Shown: one piece after another, positions 29,909 to 38,038 of the stretch
How the letters are laid out: every line of letters starts with the position of its first letter
Numbering within the stretch: the stretch's first letter is position 1
From: an uncultured delta proteobacterium
GTDB taxonomy: Bacteria > Myxococcota_A > Polyangia > Palsa-1104
Direction: 5' to 3'
DNA: 64,000 nt
NCBI GenBank assembly: GCA_963785725.1
Contig: CAWAWS010000039.1
Span: 32,001-96,000 of the forward strand
The notes under the pieces: model-generated
The model's input: only the letters and a program-made list of their open reading frames with translations
What the model was told of the DNA's origin: nothing
The model's database searches: none
Position numbers and translations under genes: made by a program

Positions 29909-30184
29909 ATGGCACTTGGAATCTATTTCGCACACGAAGGCTTCACACCGGAGAAGTACGGCAGTGCAATCGAGCAGCTGGAGGCCGCCGGTGCGGGCAA
30001 GCCGAAGGGGCGTACTTACCACTGCGCGCTCGAATCGGACGGTGCAATCCAGGTCTTCGACATCTGGGAGTCCCAGGCGGACTTCGATGCTTTCGGGCCG
30101 ACGCTGATGCCGATCCTCACCGAGTTGGGAGTCGGACTAAAGGAGCCGATGGTCGCCACTGTTCACAACGTGATAACCGGCTGA
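29909..30184 (+). CDS. Small dimeric alpha/beta-barrel (ABM-like) protein
   Basis: GRTYHCAL..DGAIQVFDIWESQADF; RBS GGAGGT. Confidence 0.65.
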   Translation: MALGIYFAHEGFTPEKYGSAIEQLEAAGAGKPKGRTYHCALESDGAIQVFDIWESQADFDAFGPTLMPILTELGVGLKEPMVATVHNVITG

Positions 30185-30224
30185 GTCTTCGCAACTGAGT
30201 AGTCAGTCGGCGGATTGGTTCATT

Positions 30225-30265
30225 GGTCGCCACCCCCGAGCCGGCGGCGGTGAATGGGGGCACCC
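30225..30265 (+). repeat. Cassette-junction hairpin site copy
   Basis: ggtcgccacccccgagccggcggcggtgaatgggggcaccc; abuts the stop codon at 30266; bulged C after GGT. Confidence 0.65.
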
Positions 30266-30664
30266 CTACTTCGTCAGTTCCCGCACCTCCGGCACGGTCG
30301 TGACTACGAGGTCCACCAGCTCCCAGAGAGAGGGCAGGTCGGGTTGGTCCAACGCCTGCGCTCTCGTTAGACGCTGGCCGTAGTAATCCGCCTCGCCCTT
30401 TCCTGCCACCAGAGCATCCACAAGTCCCGCTCCCTCGCTGTTGATACGGCAGGAAAAAGTGACGTGGTCGGCAAACGGTTCCTCCCATGAACCAAAGGTG
30501 GCATCCAGCCAGACTTCGTCCTTCGGGTGGCCATGACACACGGCACTTACGACCGAATAGGCGTCCCCACTCTGAGTGGCGAAGACGACCACCCGCTTGT
30601 AGTTGCGACCGCATTCCGCACACGCCTCGTCCTGGACCTGGCGATCACTGAGGTCGATGGACAT
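30266..30664 (-). CDS. Hypothetical protein with N-terminal CxxC
   Basis: CAECG, CHGH; ATG 7 nt after TACAGT. Confidence 0.6.
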   Translation of the reverse strand: MSIDLSDRQVQDEACAECGRNYKRVVVFATQSGDAYSVVSAVCHGHPKDEVWLDATFGSWEEPFADHVTFSCRINSEGAGLVDALVAGKGEADYYGQRLTRAQALDQPDLPSLWELVDLVVTTVPEVRELTK

Positions 30665-31003
30665 CACAGCAACTGTATTTCGGAATGTCTGTCGACCCTT
30701 GTGGCCGATGGCTAATCCTCTGGCTCCACCAGCGCCAAGGCATCACTCACCGCCCGTGTCGCTCTGTCCCACGAACGCCGCGCTCCCGCTACGTCTTCGT
30801 TCTCGCCGGGCAGTCGGCCCTCTAACTCGATGAGGGCGCCCTGGGCGTCGATCAGGAGGTCAGCAAGGCGCTGCTGCTGCTGAGTCATGGACCGATGGTA
30901 CGCCTTCGTACGTCTCGTTGATGTCGGTGCTTCACCGTCTCAGTCGAGCCGACAGGTCCCACACCCGGCGAACGAGGATGCACTGTGTGCGATGCTCTGA
31001 CTC

Positions 31004-31681
31004 GTGCGACGTGCTGTCCCGTACCTGCTGCTGGGATTGTTGACGCTCCTAGTCGCAGCGGCGGTCGGAATCGGCTTGCGGGACCAGCCGAACGCGACCA
31101 ACGGCGCCGCTACGAATGGTGTCGGAGACGCAGCGGCATCGCCAATCACAAATCCAACTCCGCTCACCATTCCGACCACAACGACCGTGCCCCCGGGCGC
31201 TGTCGTGTCATCGACGAATATTGCACCCTGTCGGAGCGCAGCCGTCCAGATCACCACTCCTGTGCATTTCGGAGCGGCAGGAACGCAAGTCTTATATCTA
31301 CAGCTCGTAAACGTGGGCAGTATTCCCTGTTCGCTTGAGGGATATCCCAAGGTGTTTGGCTTGAACTCGGCTGGTCTGCCGGTCGCGCAGGCTGTTGAGC
31401 ACGACTTGGGTATTGCGTGGGACTCTAAGTACCCTCAACCACCCATTGTCGTACTTGCTCCGGGCGAGGCGGCACATGCGACGGTGTTCGGGAACGACTA
31501 CGACTTCTACGGCGGCGTGGACGGTGCTGCGAACTGTCCGTCTTACCTAGCCTTATCGGTCACGCTTCCCGGCGATGACGTGGCAAAAGTCATCTCGATG
31601 ACCAACTACGGCGGCAGCCCGGGGTTTCCCAGCTGCGGAGGTGAATTCAGCGTCAACTTCGTCAGGCCATTCACGCAGTGA
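31004..31681 (+). CDS. Secreted DUF4232-like protein
   Basis: Signal/TM segment, Thr/Pro linker, C....GAAG..LVNVG..PCSLEGYP, VLAPGE. Confidence 0.75.
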   Translation: MRRAVPYLLLGLLTLLVAAAVGIGLRDQPNATNGAATNGVGDAAASPITNPTPLTIPTTTTVPPGAVVSSTNIAPCRSAAVQITTPVHFGAAGTQVLYLQLVNVGSIPCSLEGYPKVFGLNSAGLPVAQAVEHDLGIAWDSKYPQPPIVVLAPGEAAHATVFGNDYDFYGGVDGAANCPSYLALSVTLPGDDVAKVISMTNYGGSPGFPSCGGEFSVNFVRPFTQ

Positions 31682-31704
31682 GGAGGACGGCCAACCGCCG
31701 CTCC

Positions 31705-31736
31705 GGTAACCGCCCCGTCCCCGCGACTGGGATACC
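31705..31736 (+). repeat. Cassette-junction hairpin site copy
   Basis: ggtaaccgccccgtccccgcgactgggatacc; followed by cccgaggcag, similar to the tail of the 29165 copy. Confidence 0.65.
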
Positions 31737-31765
31737 CCCGAGGCAGTAGTGGCACACTTGCGGAC

Positions 31766-32986
31766 ATGGTCCAAATGATCTCCGGAACGCACCTGCTCGA
31801 CCCCTCCGTGATCGCTGAGCCGTACGGGTTCTACGAGGAGCTGCGATCCGAAGCGCCAGTCTGGGAAGTACCCGGCGCTGGGATCTTCACGGTGGCCACA
31901 TACCAGCTCCTCGCTGAAGCCGCTGCCCGAGTGGAGGACTTTTCGTCCAATCTGAACTGCCTCTTGTACAAAGACGCCCAGGGAATGCCCTGTCGGTTCT
32001 CGTTTGGCGATACGGGAGTCCAAGCGCTGGCCACGGCGGACCCTCCGATGCACGCACTGCACAGAGGCACGGTCTTTCCTGAACTCGTTGCCAAGCGCAT
32101 GGCTGCTCTAGAACCCGACGTGGTAGAGATCGCCGAGGAGTGCGTGAGCCAAGCACTCAACGAAGGATCCGTGGACTTCATGGGCGCTATCGGCAACGTC
32201 GTACCCATCAAGATGATCAGCCGGCTCATCGGTTTCCACGACAGTGACCTCGAGCAGTTGTTGCGTGCGGCCTTCGACTCGACCGCCATGCTGGGATCGA
32301 CCCTTTCCTACGATGAGTTGGTCGCTCACATCGCCCGGACCGGTGAAATCGAGGGGTGGGTATCTGGCCAGCTCTCAGCCGCCATGAACGAGCCGTCCCA
32401 TGACCTTCTTGGAGCCGTCGCCGAAGGTGTCAAGAATCAGGCGTTCTCCGAGGTCGAGGCCGTCGTCATCCTCCACACCCTGCTGAGCGCTGGTGGAGAA
32501 TCCACGACAAGCCTGATCGGGAACGCTGTGCGCATCCTGGCTGAAAATCGAGAGCTTCAGAGTCAACTACGTGCGAATCCTGAGTTGATCCCCATGTTCG
32601 TGGAGGAGGCGCTGAGGCTCGAGCCACCATTCCGTTACCACATGCGTTACGTGCCGAATGACACCTCCCTCGGAGGGGTGGAGATCCCCGCCGGGGCAAC
32701 GGTCCTACTTCTGTGGGGTGCGGCCAACCGTGACGCCGCAATGTTCGATCACCCCGGGTCGATCGACCTGACCCGGGAGGCGCCACGGCGACATGTGGCA
32801 TTCGGTCGAGGCATCCATCACTGTGTCGGGGCGCCCCTGGCTCGGGTCGAGGCGAGGAACGTGCTCAGCGTTCTGCTTGCGCGAACGAGTGACATCACCC
32901 TCGATCCTCGTCGGCCGCCGAGATGGGTGAATAGCCTGATGGTCCGCCGTCACGAGGAACTGCCGGTACGACTTCTGGCCGCCTGA
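31766..32986 (+). CDS. Cytochrome P450
   Basis: AGGESTT I-helix, EEALR (ExxR), FGRGIHHCVG heme-binding motif. Confidence 0.95.
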   Translation: MVQMISGTHLLDPSVIAEPYGFYEELRSEAPVWEVPGAGIFTVATYQLLAEAAARVEDFSSNLNCLLYKDAQGMPCRFSFGDTGVQALATADPPMHALHRGTVFPELVAKRMAALEPDVVEIAEECVSQALNEGSVDFMGAIGNVVPIKMISRLIGFHDSDLEQLLRAAFDSTAMLGSTLSYDELVAHIARTGEIEGWVSGQLSAAMNEPSHDLLGAVAEGVKNQAFSEVEAVVILHTLLSAGGESTTSLIGNAVRILAENRELQSQLRANPELIPMFVEEALRLEPPFRYHMRYVPNDTSLGGVEIPAGATVLLLWGAANRDAAMFDHPGSIDLTREAPRRHVAFGRGIHHCVGAPLARVEARNVLSVLLARTSDITLDPRRPPRWVNSLMVRRHEELPVRLLAA

Positions 32987-33293
32987 GGGCTGCCCCCATG
33001 GTGCCTGATTGTGGGCAGGCAACTATCGCGAGCACTCCGCGAAGATGAGCCCTCCAAGTCCTGGTGTTTCGGCGGGCTAAGCCACATCCCAAGACTGGGG
33101 CAACTGTCGACACAACGGCACGACTTCGGGAGGGATTCGACCACAATCCCATTACCTCTACCGGCCGTCCCTCACATGCAGGGCCGCCGCGTATCGGGGG
33201 GGCGCCGGCGGCACCGTCCTACACTCGCGCGACGTCCCGCGGTCGGCGTCCTCCAGTCGGTACTCTTCGGTCCGGAGCCGCCCGTCCGAGTCG

Positions 33294-34748
33294 TTGATGG
33301 AGGTGCTGATGGTCGTCCGTCGAAAACACCTAGGCATGGCACTCACCTCGGCACTGGCGTTGCTCGTCGCCGCGCTCATGCTCCCGCTGCCCGGACCGTC
33401 GCCGCCAGCCACGGCGGCGACGGTCGAACTCCCCGCGTATTCGGGGGACGGCCCCGGCCAGGTGACATGCTCGCTTTCTTTCTACGCCTCCTTCTCGCCG
33501 CCCCTAACCCGCACCGGTGGCGGCACGGGCCCTTCGGCGGTGAGCGGGGGGACGTTGTCGGGGTGCACGGCCACCACGAACTCGGTCACGGTCACGGACG
33601 CCCGGTTCACCGGGAGCTACGCCACGAGCCCGCTGACCTGTCAGGACACCTTCACCGATGCCGCCGACACGTTGCACCTGACTTGGTACGGCACCGTGAA
33701 CGGCCCGGTCGCCACCTATCCCGACGCGATCGACTACGCCGGCAACGCCCGCTTCGCCACGAGCACCGTCACCGGTGGCATGGCCACCGGGTCATTCGCC
33801 GGCCCCGTCGTCGAACAGCTCCAGCCGCCCGCCGCGGGCACCGTCGCCGCGGACTGCGCCCTGCGCTCGGGCCTACGCAAGATCCTCATCAGCGGCACGA
33901 TCACCCTCGGCTCGCCCACGCCCGCCACGGTCCTGCCTACGTCGTGGTGGGTGCCGCCGCTGGGTGTGGTGCCCTGGCAGTGGGAGCTCGACCACACCCT
34001 CGACCTCTCCAATACGACGGACATGGGGACGAACGACACCCTGCCGAACGGGCAGCCGGCGCCCGATCCGGTGGTCTACGACATCGACGCGATCGACACA
34101 CCCGCCAGCACGGTGGCCGCTCTCCACGCCATGGGTGACCACGCAATCTGCTACACGGAGGTCGGGTCGGCCGGGAACTATTACGCAGCCTCCGAGGAGG
34201 GGCTGGCGACGAGCTACTTCCAGCAGTTCAAAGATGCTGGGGTCCTGGGCCGCAAGCTGAGCGACTACCCCGAGTACTTCTTGAACATCAACAGCCAGGC
34301 GACGCTCAACATTGTGGAGGACATGATCGCCCAACAGTGCTACGCCAAAGGGTTCGACGCGGTCGAGACCGACCTGGACGAAACGAACAACGAGAACGAG
34401 GGGAACACCGGCTTCACGATCACCGAGTCGGATGAGCAGAACTATTTGACGGCCCTGGCCGGCTTCATGCACTCGCTCGGCCTCGGCTGGATTGCCAAGA
34501 ATCTCGACGACACCGGTGACAACTTTGCGACGATCATGGAACCGCTCGCCGACGGCATGATCACCGAGCAGTGCAACCAGTACGACACCTGTGGGGCGCT
34601 GAGCGCCTACGTCGGGACGAAGGCCGTCTTCAACGCCGAGTACCCGCCGGAGACGACCTCGGAATTCTGCGTTTCAGACAACGCGCTTGGCTTCAACGGC
34701 GCGCTCTTCCCGGTCGCCCTCAACGGGCCGAGACACCCCTGCCAATGA
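33294..34748 (+). CDS. Secreted GH114-like endo-alpha-1,4-polygalactosaminidase with an extra N-terminal domain
   Basis: Signal peptide; WQWEL, VYDID, AICY...GS, KGFDAVETD, IAKN, EQC, VFNAEY motifs; start uncertain. Confidence 0.75.
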   Translation: MMEVLMVVRRKHLGMALTSALALLVAALMLPLPGPSPPATAATVELPAYSGDGPGQVTCSLSFYASFSPPLTRTGGGTGPSAVSGGTLSGCTATTNSVTVTDARFTGSYATSPLTCQDTFTDAADTLHLTWYGTVNGPVATYPDAIDYAGNARFATSTVTGGMATGSFAGPVVEQLQPPAAGTVAADCALRSGLRKILISGTITLGSPTPATVLPTSWWVPPLGVVPWQWELDHTLDLSNTTDMGTNDTLPNGQPAPDPVVYDIDAIDTPASTVAALHAMGDHAICYTEVGSAGNYYAASEEGLATSYFQQFKDAGVLGRKLSDYPEYFLNINSQATLNIVEDMIAQQCYAKGFDAVETDLDETNNENEGNTGFTITESDEQNYLTALAGFMHSLGLGWIAKNLDDTGDNFATIMEPLADGMITEQCNQYDTCGALSAYVGTKAVFNAEYPPETTSEFCVSDNALGFNGALFPVALNGPRHPCQ

Positions 34749-35178
34749 CCTCGTCCGAGGGGATCGCCACCGGGTCGTGGGGTGCCCAACAAAGCCGGTT
34801 CCGTGAGGACTTGAGACGAACGAGGTGCTCGCTGGAAGACAGCGGACCGATGGAATCGGGTCCGCCAAACCGCGCCGAACGCGTCGGTCAGGGCTTCATC
34901 AACGAGGCCAGCTCCCAAGACCCCTAGTGGAGTTGTGCGCGTTGCGTCCGCTTAGGACCACTCACCCGTATCGGCGATCGCGCTGCGGTCAAGTCCGCCC
35001 CGGCTCCCGACTGCAACCGCCCCGCCGGGCGCCACGTCACGCTCCGATTAGACCAGCGGGTGCGCCCTTGGGCAGGAGACAACGAAGCTTCACACCTCGG
35101 GGGGTCCGGCCGCGGCACCGACCACGTTCCCCGGCGATCCCTAACGGTTTCTTCGGGCTCGAGCATCCGTCCACGGGC

Positions 35179-35595
35179 TCAAGAACCGTTGTAGACGTAA
35201 CTCGGGTCCCAGATTCGGAAGAACGACTCCAGGGCGAGGGGAAGCGTGACCAACGCGATGCAGGCGATCGCCAGGGCCAGCAGCTGCACGGTCTTCAGTC
35301 TCGCCCTGTGTGCGGGAAGCCTCTTCATCCAAGAGAGGGCCTGGAATGCACCGACGGTGATCATGGCAAACGCGAGCGAGGCCAGGCCATTTTCCCAATC
35401 GGCGCCGGCGAGTATGAACATCTCGGCATTGAACAACGTCGCCGTAAGGAGCCGGTAACGCCGCCCGCCGGTCGTTCGGGGCCGACCCCGAGCCCAGCGG
35501 CGATGAGGCCCTGCACCGGCGCCCCCGGATCCGGGGGACGGCGACCGAACGGGACGCATCTGGGGGAATGGTCGGGTCCCGGCAGCCATGGGCAC
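35179..35595 (-). CDS. Small membrane protein (start uncertain)
   Basis: Hydrophobic TM-like segments in the C-terminal ~90 aa. Confidence 0.35.
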   Translation of the reverse strand: MPMAAGTRPFPQMRPVRSPSPGSGGAGAGPHRRWARGRPRTTGGRRYRLLTATLFNAEMFILAGADWENGLASLAFAMITVGAFQALSWMKRLPAHRARLKTVQLLALAIACIALVTLPLALESFFRIWDPSYVYNGS

Positions 35596-35624
35596 GGGTG
35601 GGGCGCGGCCGCCATACTTGGGGC

Positions 35625-37244
35625 ATGCAAAGCACCATGCAGAACGCCCCGCTCCTGATCCGAGACCTGCTGTTCCACGGGCAGCGGGTACACGGCGACA
35701 GCTCCGTCATCACGGTGGAGGAGGGTGGCAGCCGCAAGGCCACCTTCGCCGAGGTGGCCACCCGGGCCGAGAAGCTGGCCGCCGCCCTGACCCGGCTCGG
35801 CATTGAGCAGGGTGACCGCGTCGGCACCTTCTGCTGGAACAACCAGGGCCACCTCGAGGCGTATCTCGCCATCCCCTGCATGGGAGCGGTGCTGCACACG
35901 CTGAACATCCGGCTCCCGGCCGAGCAGCTGGCCTACGTCATCAACCACGCCGAGGACCGCTGCATCATCGTCGACGCCTCGCTCATTCCGCTGCTGGCCG
36001 CCATCAAGGACGAGCTCAAGACCGTCGAGACCATCGTCGTGGTGGGGGAGGGGGACACCTCCGCCCTCGGCGAGACCCTCTCCTACGAGCGGCTGCTCGC
36101 CGCCGAACAGCCGGGCTTCGCCTGGCCGGACCTCGACGAGCGGTCAGCTGCGGCCATGTGTTACACGAGTGGGACCACCGGCAGCCCCAAGGGCGTCGTC
36201 TATTCGCACCGATCCATTTGGCTGCACACCATGGCCGAGCAGGCGGCCTCCTCGGTCGGCATGGTGGAGACCGACCGCATCCTCATCATCGTGCCCATGT
36301 TCCACGCCATGGCCTGGGGCACCCCCTACGGCGCCTGGATGGCCGGCACCGACATGATCATGCCGCAGATGTACCTCATGGGCCAGGCGCTGGCGAACGT
36401 GATCAACGAGCACCACCCGACGCTCGCCTGCGGCGTGCCGACCATCTGGAACGGGCTGCTGGCGCTCGACACGCCGATCGACTTCTCGACCGTGCGCGCC
36501 ATCACGGCCGGCGGTGCCGCCGTGCCGCAGTCGCTCATCGAGGCGTTCGAGGAGCGCTTCGGCGCCACCATCATCCAAGGGTGGGGCATGACCGAGACGA
36601 GCCCGCTCGCCGCGTTCGGGTTGCCGCCGGCGCGCCATATCGACGGGCACGACGACATGTACTACAAGGTCAAGGCCGGTCGCGTGGTCGGCGGGGTCGA
36701 AGTGCGCGTCGTCGCCGAGGACGGGACGGTGCTCCCCAACGACGGGACGTCGGTGGGCGAGTTCGAGATTCGCGGGCCGTGGATCACGGGCTCGTACTAC
36801 AAGGACGAGGACCCGGCGAAGTTCCACGACGGCTGGCTGCGCACCGGCGACGTCGGCACGCTCGACACGCAGGGTTACATGACCATCTCGGACCGCACGA
36901 AGGACGTCATCAAGTCCGGCGGCGAATGGATCTCCTCGGTCGAGCTGGAGAATGCGGTGATGGGCCATCCCGACGTCTTCGAGGCGGCGGTGATCGCCGT
37001 CCCCGACCAGAAGTGGTCCGAGCGCCCGCTCGTGGCCGTCGTGCCGAAGCCGGGTCGCACGCCCGCCCCGGCCGACCTGCTCGAGTACCTGGTGGGCCGC
37101 GTGCCGCGCTGGTGGCTGCCCGACCAGTGGACCTTCGTCGTCGAGATCCCCAAGACCAGCGTCGGGAAGTTCGACAAGAAGGTCATGCGGGTCGCCTACG
37201 CCGACGGCGACTACACGGTGCAGCACACTCCGCTCCCGAAGTGA
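35625..37244 (+). CDS. Long/medium-chain fatty acid-CoA ligase
   Basis: YTSGTTGSPKG AMP-binding motif, GWGMTETSP, GWLRTGD, KTSVGK. Confidence 0.95.
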   Translation: MQSTMQNAPLLIRDLLFHGQRVHGDSSVITVEEGGSRKATFAEVATRAEKLAAALTRLGIEQGDRVGTFCWNNQGHLEAYLAIPCMGAVLHTLNIRLPAEQLAYVINHAEDRCIIVDASLIPLLAAIKDELKTVETIVVVGEGDTSALGETLSYERLLAAEQPGFAWPDLDERSAAAMCYTSGTTGSPKGVVYSHRSIWLHTMAEQAASSVGMVETDRILIIVPMFHAMAWGTPYGAWMAGTDMIMPQMYLMGQALANVINEHHPTLACGVPTIWNGLLALDTPIDFSTVRAITAGGAAVPQSLIEAFEERFGATIIQGWGMTETSPLAAFGLPPARHIDGHDDMYYKVKAGRVVGGVEVRVVAEDGTVLPNDGTSVGEFEIRGPWITGSYYKDEDPAKFHDGWLRTGDVGTLDTQGYMTISDRTKDVIKSGGEWISSVELENAVMGHPDVFEAAVIAVPDQKWSERPLVAVVPKPGRTPAPADLLEYLVGRVPRWWLPDQWTFVVEIPKTSVGKFDKKVMRVAYADGDYTVQHTPLPK

Positions 37245-37492
37245 GCAGTTCCAACGAGGCCGTCGACGAGCTGGCCGACCGGCTCGAAGGCGTCCTCGAG
37301 GAGCTGACCGACATGGCCCTGGACGCGCTCCGGCTGGCGTCGGCCGGCGACCCCGACTCGGCCGAGACCGGGGAGGCCCTCGCCCTGGAGAAGCGCATCC
37401 TCAAGGCCCGGCGGGCGCTCGAACGCTCGGTGGCCGCGCTGCGCGGGGGATCCCGGTCCGCCCACGCGGCGCTCGACGAGGGCGCCGGCTGA
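37241..37492 (+). CDS. Small hypothetical helical protein
   Basis: GTG overlaps the ligase stop (GTGA); ..LEKRILKARRALERSV.. Confidence 0.6.
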   Translation: MSSSNEAVDELADRLEGVLEELTDMALDALRLASAGDPDSAETGEALALEKRILKARRALERSVAALRGGSRSAHAALDEGAG

Positions 37493-37509
37493 CTCCTCTC
37501 CGCACGTTC

Positions 37510-38037
37510 GTGGCGGCCTGGCCCGACGAGCCGACGTCCCAGCGGTTGGCCGCCCTCGAGCTGGGGCGGGAGAAGAACCTGCGGCTGGTGGGACCGACCC
37601 GCTGGCACGTCACGCTGCGCTTCCTGGGCGAGGTGGCCGAGGCCGACCTCGAGCCCCTGGGTGCGGCGCTCCGGGCCGGCGTGGCCGGCCTGCCGGGCCC
37701 GGCCGAGTGCCGGCTCGGACCGGCCACCGCCTGGTTCTCGCGGGTCCGTGTCCTGCAGCTCCCGGCCCACGGGCTGAATGCCGTGGCGGCGGCGGTGCGG
37801 CGGGCCACCGCGCCCGTGGTGCCCGAACCGGACGGCCCCACCCCGCCGTTCAACGGCCACCTCACCCTGGCCCGGGTCAAGGGCCGGCTGGGCCCCCGGG
37901 CCCAGGCCGAGCTGGAAGGGATCCCGTTCGCCTCCACCTTCGCCGTGACGCACGTCGACCTGGTGGCCTCGGCACCCTCACCCCAAGGGCACGTCTACAC
38001 GACGCTGGCGCGGGCACCCCTCGGGGGCCCGGCCTGA
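37510..38037 (+). CDS. thpR: RNA 2',3'-cyclic phosphodiesterase (2H family)
   Basis: Two HxT motifs, HVTLRFLG and HLTLAR; true start may be slightly upstream. Confidence 0.88.
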   Translation: MAAWPDEPTSQRLAALELGREKNLRLVGPTRWHVTLRFLGEVAEADLEPLGAALRAGVAGLPGPAECRLGPATAWFSRVRVLQLPAHGLNAVAAAVRRATAPVVPEPDGPTPPFNGHLTLARVKGRLGPRAQAELEGIPFASTFAVTHVDLVASAPSPQGHVYTTLARAPLGGPA

Positions 38038-38038
38038 A

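Noticed and set aside
1146..34790. Classical integron (attC array)
   Set aside because: Sites lack RYYYAAC/GTTRRRY ends and are shorter than typical attC sites; genes lie in both orientations; no intI-like gene in the window.
1146..34790. CRISPR array
   Set aside because: Repeats are degenerate and separated mostly by gene-sized, irregular intervals rather than uniform short spacers; no cas genes.
1146..34790. Junction hairpins as ordinary intrinsic terminators
   Set aside because: No U-tracts; fixed + orientation regardless of gene direction; several copies lie upstream of starts or between divergent genes (2825, 22548, 25673, 29165). A REP-like role is not fully excluded.
34921..35140. 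tRNA or attR remnant at the island boundary
   Set aside because: No cloverleaf or T-loop GTTCGA motif found on either strand.
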